Positions 24,607 through 34,201 of a DNA stretch of 46,859 bases are shown here, in pieces. The stretch is from an uncultured Methanosarcinales archaeon (GTDB taxonomy: Archaea; Nanobdellota; Nanobdellia; Woesearchaeales; CAYSVS01). The DNA is taken from assembly GCA_964434475.1 (NCBI GenBank), contig CAYSVS010000003.1, positions 1-46,859 on the forward strand. The letters run 5' to 3'. Within the stretch, counting starts at the first letter, position 1, and each line of letters opens with the position of its first letter. Under the pieces are notes generated by a model, which searched no databases, was not told the DNA's origin, and saw only the letters and a list, made by a program, of their open reading frames with translations. The position numbers and the translations under genes were made by a program.

Positions 24607-25776
24607 TTATTCACTCATCCATTTCCAAACAGGGATGATTTTTATATCATCTATCTTGTCTTCTTGATCTAATGTTATTATTATTCCTTTTTTACATTTA
24701 GTTTTTTTCATTGCTTCTTTTAAGCCATCTATTTCTCTTTTTAAGTTGTCTTGATTTAGATTATAGCATACCTGTATTGCTTTTATTATTGAGTTTTTTT
24801 CTTTAATTAAAAAGTCACATTCATTGTCTTCTAAAAAATAATGTATTTTTTTGTGCATTCTTCTTAGATGTAGATATACAGCATTTTCAAGTATCCTGCC
24901 TTTGTCTTTAGAAAACGATAGTGTGTTTGCTCTTATTAGGCCTGTATCTATTGCATAAGTTTTTTTTGGATTTACTAGCTGTTTTGATATTGATTGACTA
25001 TATTGTGTTATTGATTCTATTAGATAACTTTCTTCTAGATAATTGCAGTAATCTATTGTTGTTCTTACTGATTTTATGCCTAATTTTTTTGAGATTTTAT
25101 TATATGAAAAAATTTTTGCAACATTGCTTAGTATAAAATTAGCTAATTCATATATTGTACTTTCATTTTTTATATTATTTCTTACTATTATGTCTCTAGC
25201 TATTATATTTTCGACAAGTCTTTGAAGATATTCATCTTCTTTGGATCTTAAATATTCTGGAAAACCTCCATCTTCTAGATATCTTTCAAATGTTTTTAGT
25301 GATGGTTCTAATTTTTTAAATCGTAAGTATTCATTATATGAAAAAGGAAATAGTTCAATTAATTTGTATCGTCCTGTTAGCTTTGTGCCTAATTCTTTAC
25401 TTAACATTGTTGCATTTGAGCCAGTGATGAATATTTTTTTATTATTGTCGTGTGCTGATCTTATATAGCTTTCCCAATTATCTATGTTTTGAATTTCATC
25501 AAATAGATATATTTTGCTCTTAAACAAATCTTCAAGCTTTATGAAGTCTTCTACCTCAAATTTTAGTAATCTAGGGTCTTCAAAGGTTAGAAAATTATAA
25601 TCTTTATCTTTTAATGCATTTTTTAGAAGTGTACTTTTTCCACATCTTCTTATTCCTGAAATTATAACTATTTGATCTGTTTTAAAGTCTAATTTTGTAT
25701 CCCTTTTTATTATATCTTTCTTTAAAGGCGTTTTTCTTTGTTTCTCGATTATTTTTATTAATTCTTCTTTTAGCAT
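24607..25776 (-). CDS. AAA ATPase of the COG1373 type (AAA_14 + DUF4143-like C-terminus)
   Basis: P-loop ISGIRRCGKSTLL, Walker B-like IYLFDEIQ, and a C-terminal ECDFLIKEKNSIIKAIQVCY resembling the EVDFV...IEVK segment of this family. Confidence 0.75.
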   Translation of the reverse strand: MLKEELIKIIEKQRKTPLKKDIIKRDTKLDFKTDQIVIISGIRRCGKSTLLKNALKDKDYNFLTFEDPRLLKFEVEDFIKLEDLFKSKIYLFDEIQNIDNWESYIRSAHDNNKKIFITGSNATMLSKELGTKLTGRYKLIELFPFSYNEYLRFKKLEPSLKTFERYLEDGGFPEYLRSKEDEYLQRLVENIIARDIIVRNNIKNESTIYELANFILSNVAKIFSYNKISKKLGIKSVRTTIDYCNYLEESYLIESITQYSQSISKQLVNPKKTYAIDTGLIRANTLSFSKDKGRILENAVYLHLRRMHKKIHYFLEDNECDFLIKEKNSIIKAIQVCYNLNQDNLKREIDGLKEAMKKTKCKKGIIITLDQEDKIDDIKIIPVWKWMSE

Positions 25777-25873
25777 AATACTTTGATAATTGTTGTTTAT
25801 TTATAAATGTTTGTATTACCAATACAAGCTTTTATGTATTTGCAGTACAAGCTTTTATTTACTCTTAGTAAGT

Positions 25874-25881
25874 TTTATATA
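25874..25881 (+). promoter_or_regulatory. Outward-facing TATA box candidate at the right end of the insertion
   Basis: TTTATATA is centred about 26 nt upstream of the ATG at 25904. Confidence 0.4.
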
Positions 25882-25903
25882 ATATTTCTTGTTTTTTTCT
25901 AAT

Positions 25904-25981
25904 ATGAAAGCGATGAGTTTTAAGTCAAGGCTGTATGTTTTAAAAATATCACGATTTGAATATGTTGGGGTTGGAAGATGA
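25904..25981 (+). other. 25-codon mini-ORF ending in the duplicated ugd tail (MKAMSFKSRLYVLKISRFEYVGVGR*), with its stop overlapping the downstream ATG
   Basis: Read directly: ATG at 25904 is in frame with the repeat copy. The TGA at 25979-25981 overlaps the ATG at 25978-25980. Confidence 0.35.
25955..25979. repeat. 25-bp direct repeat, right copy
   Basis: Identical to 23084-23108. Confidence 0.95.
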
Positions 25982-27228
25982 ATGAGCATTCAAAGTTATC
26001 TTTGGATAATATTGATTCTTACATGAAGTCTGCTTTAGTATCTGTTAAAGAGCAGTTAGAAAAGCATTACTCTGATCTAAGCCTTGTTAATATAGATTCA
26101 CTTGATGTTGATAAGATAAATGTATATCCTAGATTAAAGGAACTTCGTGACCTATCGCATGATGATATATTTGTCTTGGATGATGTTGATACAACCGCTG
26201 CGAAAAAGGCAATATTAGATGGTAAGATTATTTTTGAGCATGCATTTGCTGGTGAGGCAACAAGGCTAGGGCTTGGAACTAAGTATCTTATCAGGCCAAA
26301 GGATATTGATGCTTCAGTTTTGGATTATTCACTTGGCGAGCGTCATATGATGCAGCTTGCTTATGAGATAAAGAAACTTGCTAAAGAAAAAAGTTTGGAT
26401 GCTAGTGAAATATTGTCTAAGCAGGTTAATATAGTAATACTAAATGAGAAGACTTATCAGGATATAATAGATAATTTTATTGCTAATGATTTTTTTGGAT
26501 TCTTGCCTAAGAATACATTATTTATGGTGCAATTTAGCTTTAATGGTATGAGTATTAAGGATGGAGAGCTTGTTTATGATAAATTGGGTGATAAGCGTCT
26601 TCATAATCATGGTCAGATGGTGATGCAAAAGGCGCATGATAATAGTTTGTTTTATATTGATGATAATAAGAAAGTATATCTGAGTTCTTTAGAGTTTGAA
26701 GATATCCTAACTAGACATCTTAACCTGATGTCATTTCCTATAGAAGATGTTGGGCTTCTTACTGAGTTCTTGGACTTAAAAAGCATAGCAAAGTCTTTAG
26801 AGTTAGCTAAAGATGGTTATGAGATGGTAATGGAGATAGTTGGGCAGAATAAGGATAATCCACAGAAAGGTGGTGCAGCATTTTATGATCCTTTATTGAA
26901 GCGTAATGTGATGATTGAGAGCAATAGGCTTCTTGGGCTTAGAAATGAGGAGATTAAGCATCTAAATAAGAATGTAAACCATTACCCTAATCCTGTTAAG
27001 TCGTTTCGTGCTTTAAAGAATAGTGGTATTCACATGTGCTTTGCTGTAAAAAAGTCTGATAAGCCTTATATCTATCCGTGTCCTGTTCAGGGTGATATTA
27101 ATTTCTTGGTTAAGACAGCTTTTGTTATGCGAAAGAAGCCTAAGCCGATTATGGCATGGAAGAAGCTAGAGGATACTGATTTGGCTGTTTTGCAGATGAA
27201 AAAGCAGGATTCTGTGAGCAAGATTTAA
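25978..27228 (+). CDS. UDPGP-family-like nucleotide-sugar pyrophosphorylase (divergent)
   Basis: FAGEATRLGLGTKYL resembles LAGGQGTRLG..PKG. The ordered motifs VQFSF, HNHGQMV, PIEDVG and NPQKGGAAF are collinear with UDP-sugar pyrophosphorylases. Ancestrally coupled to ugd. Confidence 0.45.
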   Translation: MNEHSKLSLDNIDSYMKSALVSVKEQLEKHYSDLSLVNIDSLDVDKINVYPRLKELRDLSHDDIFVLDDVDTTAAKKAILDGKIIFEHAFAGEATRLGLGTKYLIRPKDIDASVLDYSLGERHMMQLAYEIKKLAKEKSLDASEILSKQVNIVILNEKTYQDIIDNFIANDFFGFLPKNTLFMVQFSFNGMSIKDGELVYDKLGDKRLHNHGQMVMQKAHDNSLFYIDDNKKVYLSSLEFEDILTRHLNLMSFPIEDVGLLTEFLDLKSIAKSLELAKDGYEMVMEIVGQNKDNPQKGGAAFYDPLLKRNVMIESNRLLGLRNEEIKHLNKNVNHYPNPVKSFRALKNSGIHMCFAVKKSDKPYIYPCPVQGDINFLVKTAFVMRKKPKPIMAWKKLEDTDLAVLQMKKQDSVSKI

Positions 27229-27253
27229 ATAATAATATCTGTTTTTAATTTTC

Positions 27254-28408
27254 ATGGTTAATATCAATAAGAACAAACCTTCTTTGAATGTTGCTGTTAT
27301 TGGTCCAGTGTATCCTTATAGGGGTGGAATTTCTCATTCAAATACTCAACTATGCAGTAATGTGTCTAAGAATCATAATCTTGTCGCATATTCTTTTAAG
27401 ATGATGTTTCCTAAGTTTCTTTATCCAGGCAAGCAACAAAAATACGAAGAAAACAGGAGACTTGATTTTAATGTTAAGCATATCTTAAATTCCCTTAATC
27501 CTTTTAACTGGCTTAATGTTTTTATGAAATTAAGGAAACAAAATCCTGATGTGGTTATATTTCAATGGTGGACTATATTTATGTTTCCTATGTATATTAC
27601 ATTGGCGCTTATGCTTAGATTATTTACAAAGGCAAAAATATGTATATGGTGTCAAAATGTTATGGATCATGAGCGTAGATTTATTACTGTTTTTTTGACG
27701 AAATTGTTTTATCGTATAGGTGATTATTTCATAGTTATGGCAAATCAGGAAAAGAAAGAACTGTTAAATTTGCTTCCAAATGCTAAAGTAGAAGTGATAT
27801 TCGAGCCAACATATGAACAGCATTTTAGCATACCTCTTGGTTTGACAAAAGAAAAGGCAAAGTCAGATCTAGGTCTTGATAAAAAAGTGATATTGTTCTT
27901 TGGATTTGTTCGCGCATATAAAGGTTTAAAATATCTCTTGAAAGCAATGCCCAAAATATTAGATAATGTGGATGTCCAGCTTCTTGTTGTAGGTGAGTTT
28001 TGGAATGATAAGAAAGATTATCTTAAACTTATAACTGATTTTAACATAACAGATAATGTCAAGATAGTTGATAAATTTGTACCTGATGACAAGGTTGCAC
28101 CTTATTTTATAGCTTCTGATGTTTTTGTGCTTCCTTATACAAGTGCAACACAGAGCGGTATTATCCAAGTAGCGTTGGGTTTTGATAAGCCTGTTATAGT
28201 TACAGATGTTGGAGGGTTGACTGATTTAGTAGAGAATGAAAAGAATGGGTTGGTTGTTCCTAATAAGGATATTGATAAATTAGCGGATGCTGTTGTTACT
28301 TTTTTCAAAGACAAAAAAGAGACGAAGTTTGCTGAAGGTGCAAGAAAAGTTAAAGAATCCCTTAGATGGGATAAAGAAAAAGAAGAAAGATTGTTTAAGT
28401 ATGTTTAG
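27254..28408 (+). CDS. Glycosyltransferase family 4 (GT-B)
   Basis: C-terminal LPYTSATQSGIIQVALGFDKPVIVTDVGGLTDLVENEKNGLVVP (the E-x7-E region of GT4). Confidence 0.8.
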   Translation: MVNINKNKPSLNVAVIGPVYPYRGGISHSNTQLCSNVSKNHNLVAYSFKMMFPKFLYPGKQQKYEENRRLDFNVKHILNSLNPFNWLNVFMKLRKQNPDVVIFQWWTIFMFPMYITLALMLRLFTKAKICIWCQNVMDHERRFITVFLTKLFYRIGDYFIVMANQEKKELLNLLPNAKVEVIFEPTYEQHFSIPLGLTKEKAKSDLGLDKKVILFFGFVRAYKGLKYLLKAMPKILDNVDVQLLVVGEFWNDKKDYLKLITDFNITDNVKIVDKFVPDDKVAPYFIASDVFVLPYTSATQSGIIQVALGFDKPVIVTDVGGLTDLVENEKNGLVVPNKDIDKLADAVVTFFKDKKETKFAEGARKVKESLRWDKEKEERLFKYV

Positions 28409-29475
28409 TTTTGATAAAATTCTTTTATAGCATCGCATATTTTGCTTATTGTTTTACTATCAAGAGATGCGGTTGAAGGTAATGATAATCCATGTTCGTA
28501 AGCATATTCGGCGTTAGGATATTCTCCTTCAAAATTATAACATGGTTGTTTGTGCATGGGATAGAAAAACCTTCTTGAACTTATGTTTCTTTCCTTTAAG
28601 AAATCGGAAAGGCCCTGGACATCTTTAACTAAAATGTTTGTAAACCAATGTACTGGTGTGCATCTTTCATCTATTTTTGTAAATTCAACTATTCCTTCAA
28701 GCTCTTTCATATATTGTTCTCTGATTTCTTTTTTTCTTTTGATTATATAGTTTAATTTTTTCATCTGTACTACTGCTATTGCTGCTTGCATATCTGTATA
28801 ACTAAAGTTAAATCCTATTTTTTCATGTATAAAAATTCCTTTCTTATCTCTACCGTGGTTTTTCATACGGTATGCGTCTTTCGCTATCTCTTCGTTGTTT
28901 GTTGTAAAGACTCCTCCTTCTCCGCTGGTTATAGTTTTATTTCCGTATAAACTGAAACTTCCTGCCTCGCCAAATGTACCTACATGTTTTCCTTTAAATT
29001 TTACTCCTACTCCTTGAGCGGCATCTTCAATAACTTTTAGGTTATGTTTTTTAGCAATTTTCATTATAGCATCCATATCTGCAGATTGGCCGTATAAGTG
29101 GACAGGCATGATAGCTTTTGTTTTGTTTGTTATTCTTTCTTCAATTTTTTTAGGATCTATATTGAATGTTTCTTTATCTATGTCTACTAAGACAGGTTTT
29201 GCATTAGCAAATAAAATGGAATTTATTGTTGCAACAAATGTTATGCTTGGTACTATAATCTCGTCTCCCTCTTTGATGCCTAATATCTTTAATGCAGTAA
29301 ATAGTGTTGCTGTCCCGTTGCAGAATGCTAATGCGTACTTAGATTTTGTCAATTCTTTGAACATATCTTCAAATTTCTTTGTTTCTTTTCCTTCGGTCAA
29401 CCATGTTGATTTGATGACTTTAGTCATCTCTTTAAGTTCTTCTTCATCTATTATGGGTTCAATTTGTGGTATCAT
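28405..29475 (-). CDS. DegT/DnrJ/EryC1/StrS-family sugar aminotransferase (PLP-dependent)
   Basis: [31 protein letters not shown] and DAAQGVG. PLP-binding Lys in SFSLYGNKTITSGEGG. Confidence 0.85.
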   Translation of the reverse strand: MIPQIEPIIDEEELKEMTKVIKSTWLTEGKETKKFEDMFKELTKSKYALAFCNGTATLFTALKILGIKEGDEIIVPSITFVATINSILFANAKPVLVDIDKETFNIDPKKIEERITNKTKAIMPVHLYGQSADMDAIMKIAKKHNLKVIEDAAQGVGVKFKGKHVGTFGEAGSFSLYGNKTITSGEGGVFTTNNEEIAKDAYRMKNHGRDKKGIFIHEKIGFNFSYTDMQAAIAVVQMKKLNYIIKRKKEIREQYMKELEGIVEFTKIDERCTPVHWFTNILVKDVQGLSDFLKERNISSRRFFYPMHKQPCYNFEGEYPNAEYAYEHGLSLPSTASLDSKTISKICDAIKEFYQN

Positions 29476-30682
29476 CTTTGACTACTTCCTTTAATGTTTT
29501 TATTATGTATTCTATATCTTCTTGTTTAAGATATTGGTGGCATCCTATGTAAAATCCTTTTTTTCCTATTCTGTCGCTGTTTGGTAGTTTGCCTTCATAC
29601 TCTATTTTATACTTGCTGAAGGCAGGTTGTTGTGTGGGTATAGAACCGAATAAAGGTCTTGTTTCTATGCCTTTTTTCTCTAGTTTATTCATCAATATTT
29701 CTCTATCTATATTATTTTTTATGACAAGAGGATAAGCTATGTAACTTACATCTTTGGAAAAATTAGGCAGTTTTAACTGTTCGCTTAAGCAGGAAATACC
29801 TTCGTTTATCTGTTTTATGTTTTCTTGTCTTTTTTTGATTATTTCATTAATTTTTTTGAACTGAGCGCAGGCTATCGCCGCTTGAAATTCGGTAGTTTTA
29901 AAATTATATCCTATCATGTCGTGAAGAAATCTTGGATCAGGAGAATCATTTTTTTCTCTTTTTGGACAATAACCTTTATTTCTGGTACATATAGGGCAAT
30001 CACACATTCTTCCATTGGCTTTTATTTTTCTGATAACTCTTGCAAGCTCGTCATCATCCGTAACTATTGCACCCATTTCTCCTGCTTGTATGTTGTGTGC
30101 TATATAGAATGAGTAATCAGAAAGTTTTGACATGCTCCCGCACACTTTTCCGTTAAATTTGGTTCCGTGAGCTTGGGCACTGTCCTCAAACGTGATTAAT
30201 CCATGTTTTTTAGCAATCTTGTTGATTTTATTCATATCGCAAGGATATCCCATCAGATGTACGGGAAATATTAAAGAATAATCTGATGAGTCTTCTAATG
30301 ATTCAAGATGTTCTTTGATTTTTTCAGGATTTATATTGAACGTTTCAGGTTCTATATCTATGTAGACAGGAGTATGGTTTGTATTTATTATTGCGTTGCT
30401 TGTTGCAACATATGTTAATGGAGTGGTTATTATTTTTGAGTTCTGCTTTATGTCTTCTTTATACTCTATTGCTTTTATTCCTGCCATTATAGCTGTTGTA
30501 CCAGAATTAGTCAATATGCAATTTTTAACGCCTATAAAATCTGCCCACTTTTGTTCAAACTCATTTACAAACTTTCCTTCTGATATTCTGCCTGATTCAA
30601 CTACTTGGTTTATGTTATTCTTCTCTTCAAATCCTATTTTGATTGAGCCTACGCTTATTCTTCTTTTAGAATCTTTCGTCAT
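29459..30682 (-). CDS. DegT-family sugar 3-dehydratase-like enzyme (ColD / E1-RfbH type, Lys replaced by His) with an extra Cys cluster
   Basis: [25 protein letters not shown], compared with ColD FSSFYSHHIATMEGGCIVTDDEE (from memory). Cys cluster [19 protein letters not shown]. 17-nt overlaps with both neighbouring genes. Confidence 0.65.
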   Translation of the reverse strand: MTKDSKRRISVGSIKIGFEEKNNINQVVESGRISEGKFVNEFEQKWADFIGVKNCILTNSGTTAIMAGIKAIEYKEDIKQNSKIITTPLTYVATSNAIINTNHTPVYIDIEPETFNINPEKIKEHLESLEDSSDYSLIFPVHLMGYPCDMNKINKIAKKHGLITFEDSAQAHGTKFNGKVCGSMSKLSDYSFYIAHNIQAGEMGAIVTDDDELARVIRKIKANGRMCDCPICTRNKGYCPKREKNDSPDPRFLHDMIGYNFKTTEFQAAIACAQFKKINEIIKKRQENIKQINEGISCLSEQLKLPNFSKDVSYIAYPLVIKNNIDREILMNKLEKKGIETRPLFGSIPTQQPAFSKYKIEYEGKLPNSDRIGKKGFYIGCHQYLKQEDIEYIIKTLKEVVKDDTTN

Positions 30683-31715
30683 GTTCCTTAAGCATCCTCA
30701 TGTCTGATTCTATCATTATTTTAACTAATTTTTTTAGATCTGTTTTTGGTTCCCATTTTAATTCTTCTTTTGCTTTTGTTGGATCGCCAAGAAGAAGTTC
30801 AACTTCAGCAGGTCTAAAGTATTTTTCGTTAATTTTTACTAGTGTTTTACCTGATTTTTTATCTACTCCTATTTCATCTAGGCTTTTGCCTTTCCATTCT
30901 ATTTCGTATCCTAATTCTTCTGCACATAGTTCAACAAATTCTCTTACTGATTTTGTTTCGCCTGTCGCTATGACATAATCATCTGGTTTGTCTTGCTGAA
31001 GCATTAGCCACATAGCTTCAACATAATCTCTTGCAAAACCCCAGTCTCTCTTAGCATCTAGATTTCCTAAAGATATGCTGTCTTTTAGTCCTTGTTTTAT
31101 CTCGCAGAATGCTCTTGTTATCTTTCTTGTCACAAAATTTCTGCCTCTTCTTGGAGATTCGTGATTGAATAATATTCCGTTGCATGTGAACATGTTGTAT
31201 GATTCTCTGTAATTTTTGATTATCCAATATGCATATAATTTAGCACATCCATAAGGACTTCTTGGATAAAATGGTGTAGTTTCTTTTTGCGGTGTTTCAT
31301 GTACTTTGCCAAAAAGTTCGGATGATGATGCTTGATATACTTTTATCTTTGGGTCTACTGCTCTTACTGCTTCCAGCAATCTCACAACTCCAACTCCTGT
31401 AACATCTGCAGTATATTCTGGAATCTCAAAGCTTATCCTTACATGGCTTTGTGCTCCCAGATTGTAGATTTCTGTTGGTCTAATCGTATTGATTACTCTG
31501 AATAATGAGCTTGAATCTGCTAAGTCTGCATAGTGTAATGTGATCTTTGATTTAGGTCCTTCTTCAGGTGTATGTATGTGGTCTATTCTTCCTGTATTAA
31601 ATGAAGAACTTCTTCTCATAAGACCATGTACTTCATATCCTTTTTCTAATAGAAATTCAGCCAAGTACGAGCCGTCCTGGCCCGTTATTCCGGTTATTAA
31701 AGCTATTTTTTTCAT
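30666..31715 (-). CDS. gmd: GDP-mannose 4,6-dehydratase
   Basis: [47 protein letters not shown] is a textbook Gmd N-terminus. 349 aa. Confidence 0.93.
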   Translation of the reverse strand: MKKIALITGITGQDGSYLAEFLLEKGYEVHGLMRRSSSFNTGRIDHIHTPEEGPKSKITLHYADLADSSSLFRVINTIRPTEIYNLGAQSHVRISFEIPEYTADVTGVGVVRLLEAVRAVDPKIKVYQASSSELFGKVHETPQKETTPFYPRSPYGCAKLYAYWIIKNYRESYNMFTCNGILFNHESPRRGRNFVTRKITRAFCEIKQGLKDSISLGNLDAKRDWGFARDYVEAMWLMLQQDKPDDYVIATGETKSVREFVELCAEELGYEIEWKGKSLDEIGVDKKSGKTLVKINEKYFRPAEVELLLGDPTKAKEELKWEPKTDLKKLVKIMIESDMRMLKEHDERF

Positions 31716-31818
31716 TTTGAATTTAAGTTTTTTTAACTTTATTTAAACTTTGTTGTGTTTTTTAGTGTTTGTTTAAAAATAAATAATAATATTTAAATAG
31801 TATACTATTTGGCTTTTA

Positions 31819-33003
31819 ATGATGATACCTAAGCTTAGGCCTTATTACAATTGGAAAGAGATATTTGCTGCTTTTAGTTTTGATGATGAATCTGTTTATA
31901 AATTTGAAGAAAAATTCGCTAAATATTTTAATGTGAAACACGCTGTAAGTTTCTCTTATGGGAGAGGAGGACTTTATGCATTGATGAAAGCTTTAGGTTA
32001 TAATAATGCAGAAACAATAATGCCTGCATATACTTGTACTGTTGTACCAAATGCTGTTGCTTTATCTGGAAATATTCCTAAATTTGTTGATGTAAGTTTG
32101 AAAGATTATAATATGGATATTTTTAAGTTTAAAAAAAGAATAAGCAAAAAAACTAAAGTTGTAATTCCTACTAGTTTATTTGGTTATCCTATGGATCCTG
32201 ATGAAGTTAACAGTATAGCTAAAAATAAATTAATAGTGCAGGATTGTGCTTTAGCTTTTGGCGCTACAAAAAAGGGAAAACTTGTAGCAAATCAAGGAGA
32301 TGTTGCTTTTTACGGAATGGGTATAGGAAAGCATATTTCTGTTTTAGATGGAGGTATGTTTACTACAGATGATTTTAAAATTTATACTAAACTGAAGGAT
32401 TATAGAGATAAAAATTATAAAACTCCTACTTTATATAGAAAAAGCTACAAACTTTTTTACTTTTTGGGGTTGTTTGCAGTATTGAATAACTTAAGTTATA
32501 ATGTAGTATATTATTTATGGAAAAACACAAAGCTTCTTCATCCATTTACTCAATATTATAGCGGGGATAAGATTTCACTTCCTGAAGATTATAATATTAA
32601 ATTGACAAATATTCAAGCAAGATTAGGGATAGAGCAGTTGAAAAAATTACCTGAAATACTTGAAAAAAGAAGAAGAATTGTCAAGTACTATAATTCTAAA
32701 TTGAAAGATTTGCAAGAAATAGAATTACCTCCTATTATTGAAGGTGCTTCATATTCTCATTATTGTCCCAGGGTTAAAGAAAGGGATTATTTTTTAGAAC
32801 AAATGGCAAAAAGAGGCATCAATTGTGGTTATAATTTTGAATATGCTGTTCCTGATCTTAAGGCTTATTTAAAGTTTAAGGATAAAGAATTTCCGAATGC
32901 GACTAAATGCGGTGCAGAGATTGTTAATTTACCTAATTATCCTGGATTAAGGAAAAAAGAACAGAAGCATATAATTAGTTCTGTTATTGATGTTTTTTCT
33001 TAG
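31819..33003 (+). CDS. DegT/DnrJ/EryC1/StrS-family aminotransferase-like protein
   Basis: IMPAYTCTVVPNAVALSGNIPKFVDV and QDCALAFGA. Lys retained in GMGIGKHISVLDGGMFTT. Confidence 0.75.
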   Translation: MMIPKLRPYYNWKEIFAAFSFDDESVYKFEEKFAKYFNVKHAVSFSYGRGGLYALMKALGYNNAETIMPAYTCTVVPNAVALSGNIPKFVDVSLKDYNMDIFKFKKRISKKTKVVIPTSLFGYPMDPDEVNSIAKNKLIVQDCALAFGATKKGKLVANQGDVAFYGMGIGKHISVLDGGMFTTDDFKIYTKLKDYRDKNYKTPTLYRKSYKLFYFLGLFAVLNNLSYNVVYYLWKNTKLLHPFTQYYSGDKISLPEDYNIKLTNIQARLGIEQLKKLPEILEKRRRIVKYYNSKLKDLQEIELPPIIEGASYSHYCPRVKERDYFLEQMAKRGINCGYNFEYAVPDLKAYLKFKDKEFPNATKCGAEIVNLPNYPGLRKKEQKHIISSVIDVFS

Positions 33004-33385
33004 CTCTTTCTTCAAGCGCTTTTTTTCTTGAGAAATATTTTTTTATTTCTTTATTGCTAACTCCTAGTCTTTTGAGGTCGTCAAGAGTCCAATAATAACC
33101 GCAAGGTTCGAAGAAATCAACATCTTTATAGTCTATAGGAGCTAATACGCAAGCAACTGGTTGTTTAAGCGTATAATATACTTTGCATCTGCCCTTTTCA
33201 TCTTGATTTTTGCATATTTTTATCCTGTTATTACTGCAGCAAGAACATTGTCTGCACCCGCCTTTTCTTAATGTCAAAGAAAGCATAGCATATCTTGGTC
33301 TAAAATGGTAAATAAGTGGTCTTCTTATTTTTCGCCAAAGTTTTTTTAAGTATGGTTGGTTTATCTTTTTTTTCATATTTATCAT
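32984..33385 (-). CDS. Small basic Cys-rich protein, possibly a YkgJ/CxxCxxCC-type Zn/Fe-chelating domain
   Basis: CRQCSCC..C..GRCKVYYTLKQPVACVLAP resembles the C..C..CC ... C.iY..RP..C..fP pattern. Starts directly after the sulfotransferase stop codon. Confidence 0.4.
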   Translation of the reverse strand: MINMKKKINQPYLKKLWRKIRRPLIYHFRPRYAMLSLTLRKGGCRQCSCCSNNRIKICKNQDEKGRCKVYYTLKQPVACVLAPIDYKDVDFFEPCGYYWTLDDLKRLGVSNKEIKKYFSRKKALEERAKKKHQ

Positions 33386-34147
33386 CTACTCAATCTTTTC
33401 TCTTAATGGAGAAAGTATTTTTTTGAATGGCCCTGTTTTTATCCATTTACAGTAAATATATCTTGTTTTTTTTAGTAAGAAATATTCTACCTTTTCACTT
33501 ATCTTGATTTTTCTCTTGGGCCAATTTTTTGGGAATTTATAGTCAAATTCTTCCATGAATGGTCCAAATATTTTGAGTGCATGTTGTATTCCTTTTTTGC
33601 TGTAGTATTCAGTAAAGTGTTTTTTGCCTTTAGTTTTGTTGAATACTGGCAAATTTCTTGCTTTTTTGATATTAAGCATTTTTAATGCTTTTGTGAAGTC
33701 TTCTTCCAGATATTCAAACCTCGCTATGAAATTGCAATATTTTCTGTCTGTGTTGATATTGCTTGTATATGGATGCTTATAAAATTTGATCAAAAAATCA
33801 TTGAAATCATTTTTCGGGTTTTTTACAAAGTAAAACATTTGTTTTTGTTTTTTTGTTACCCAGCCGCCTTTTTTAAAGGTTCTTTTTGGGTTTGTGTAAT
33901 CTGAATGGTGATTGCTGTTTAATTTTGCATATATGCTTGTTGCTTCATCAAGCGGGTTTCTTATGCTTGCAAATGCAAAATATTTTCTTTGTTTTTTGTT
34001 TGCAACTCTAAAAAATTCAAAATAATTTGCATGATCATGAAGTATTGGCTTTCCACCATACTTTTCGCAAAGTTCTTTGCTTATTGCACTAGATCCTGTG
34101 TGTGGTGTTGCCATATAAATGTATTTGTTCTTATTGCTTAAAATCAT
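33386..34147 (-). CDS. Sulfotransferase-family protein (Sulfotransfer_2-like)
   Basis: YIYMATPHTGSSAI compares with the 5'-PSB motif IPKTGGTS. FAFASIRNPLDEATSIY compares with the 3'-PB motif F.FVRNP.DR.vS.Y. Confidence 0.6.
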   Translation of the reverse strand: MILSNKNKYIYMATPHTGSSAISKELCEKYGGKPILHDHANYFEFFRVANKKQRKYFAFASIRNPLDEATSIYAKLNSNHHSDYTNPKRTFKKGGWVTKKQKQMFYFVKNPKNDFNDFLIKFYKHPYTSNINTDRKYCNFIARFEYLEEDFTKALKMLNIKKARNLPVFNKTKGKKHFTEYYSKKGIQHALKIFGPFMEEFDYKFPKNWPKRKIKISEKVEYFLLKKTRYIYCKWIKTGPFKKILSPLREKIE

Positions 34148-34201
34148 TTTTTATTGTAATCTTGTAATTAAAATTTTATGTTTGTTTGACTTATTTAAAA
34201 T

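Larger units (their letters stand above)
23109..25979. mobile_element. 2,871-bp insertion bounded by the 25-bp direct repeat; cargo is HEPN + MNT + COG1373-type ATPase; no integrase or transposase seen
   Basis: Removing 23109-25979 restores ..GVGR-TGA overlapping the ATG of the downstream gene (ATGA), matching the other gene junctions here. The cargo genes are on the strand opposite to the flanking operon. Confidence 0.6.

Noticed and set aside
25823-25858. Direct repeat TACAAGCTTTTAT x2 (25823-25835 and 25846-25858, 23-bp period) upstream of the ATPase gene, as a functional operator.
   Set aside because: It is a real repeat, but short, AT-rich and without a candidate binding protein. It may simply be promoter-region duplication inside the insertion, and there is not enough evidence to call it a feature.
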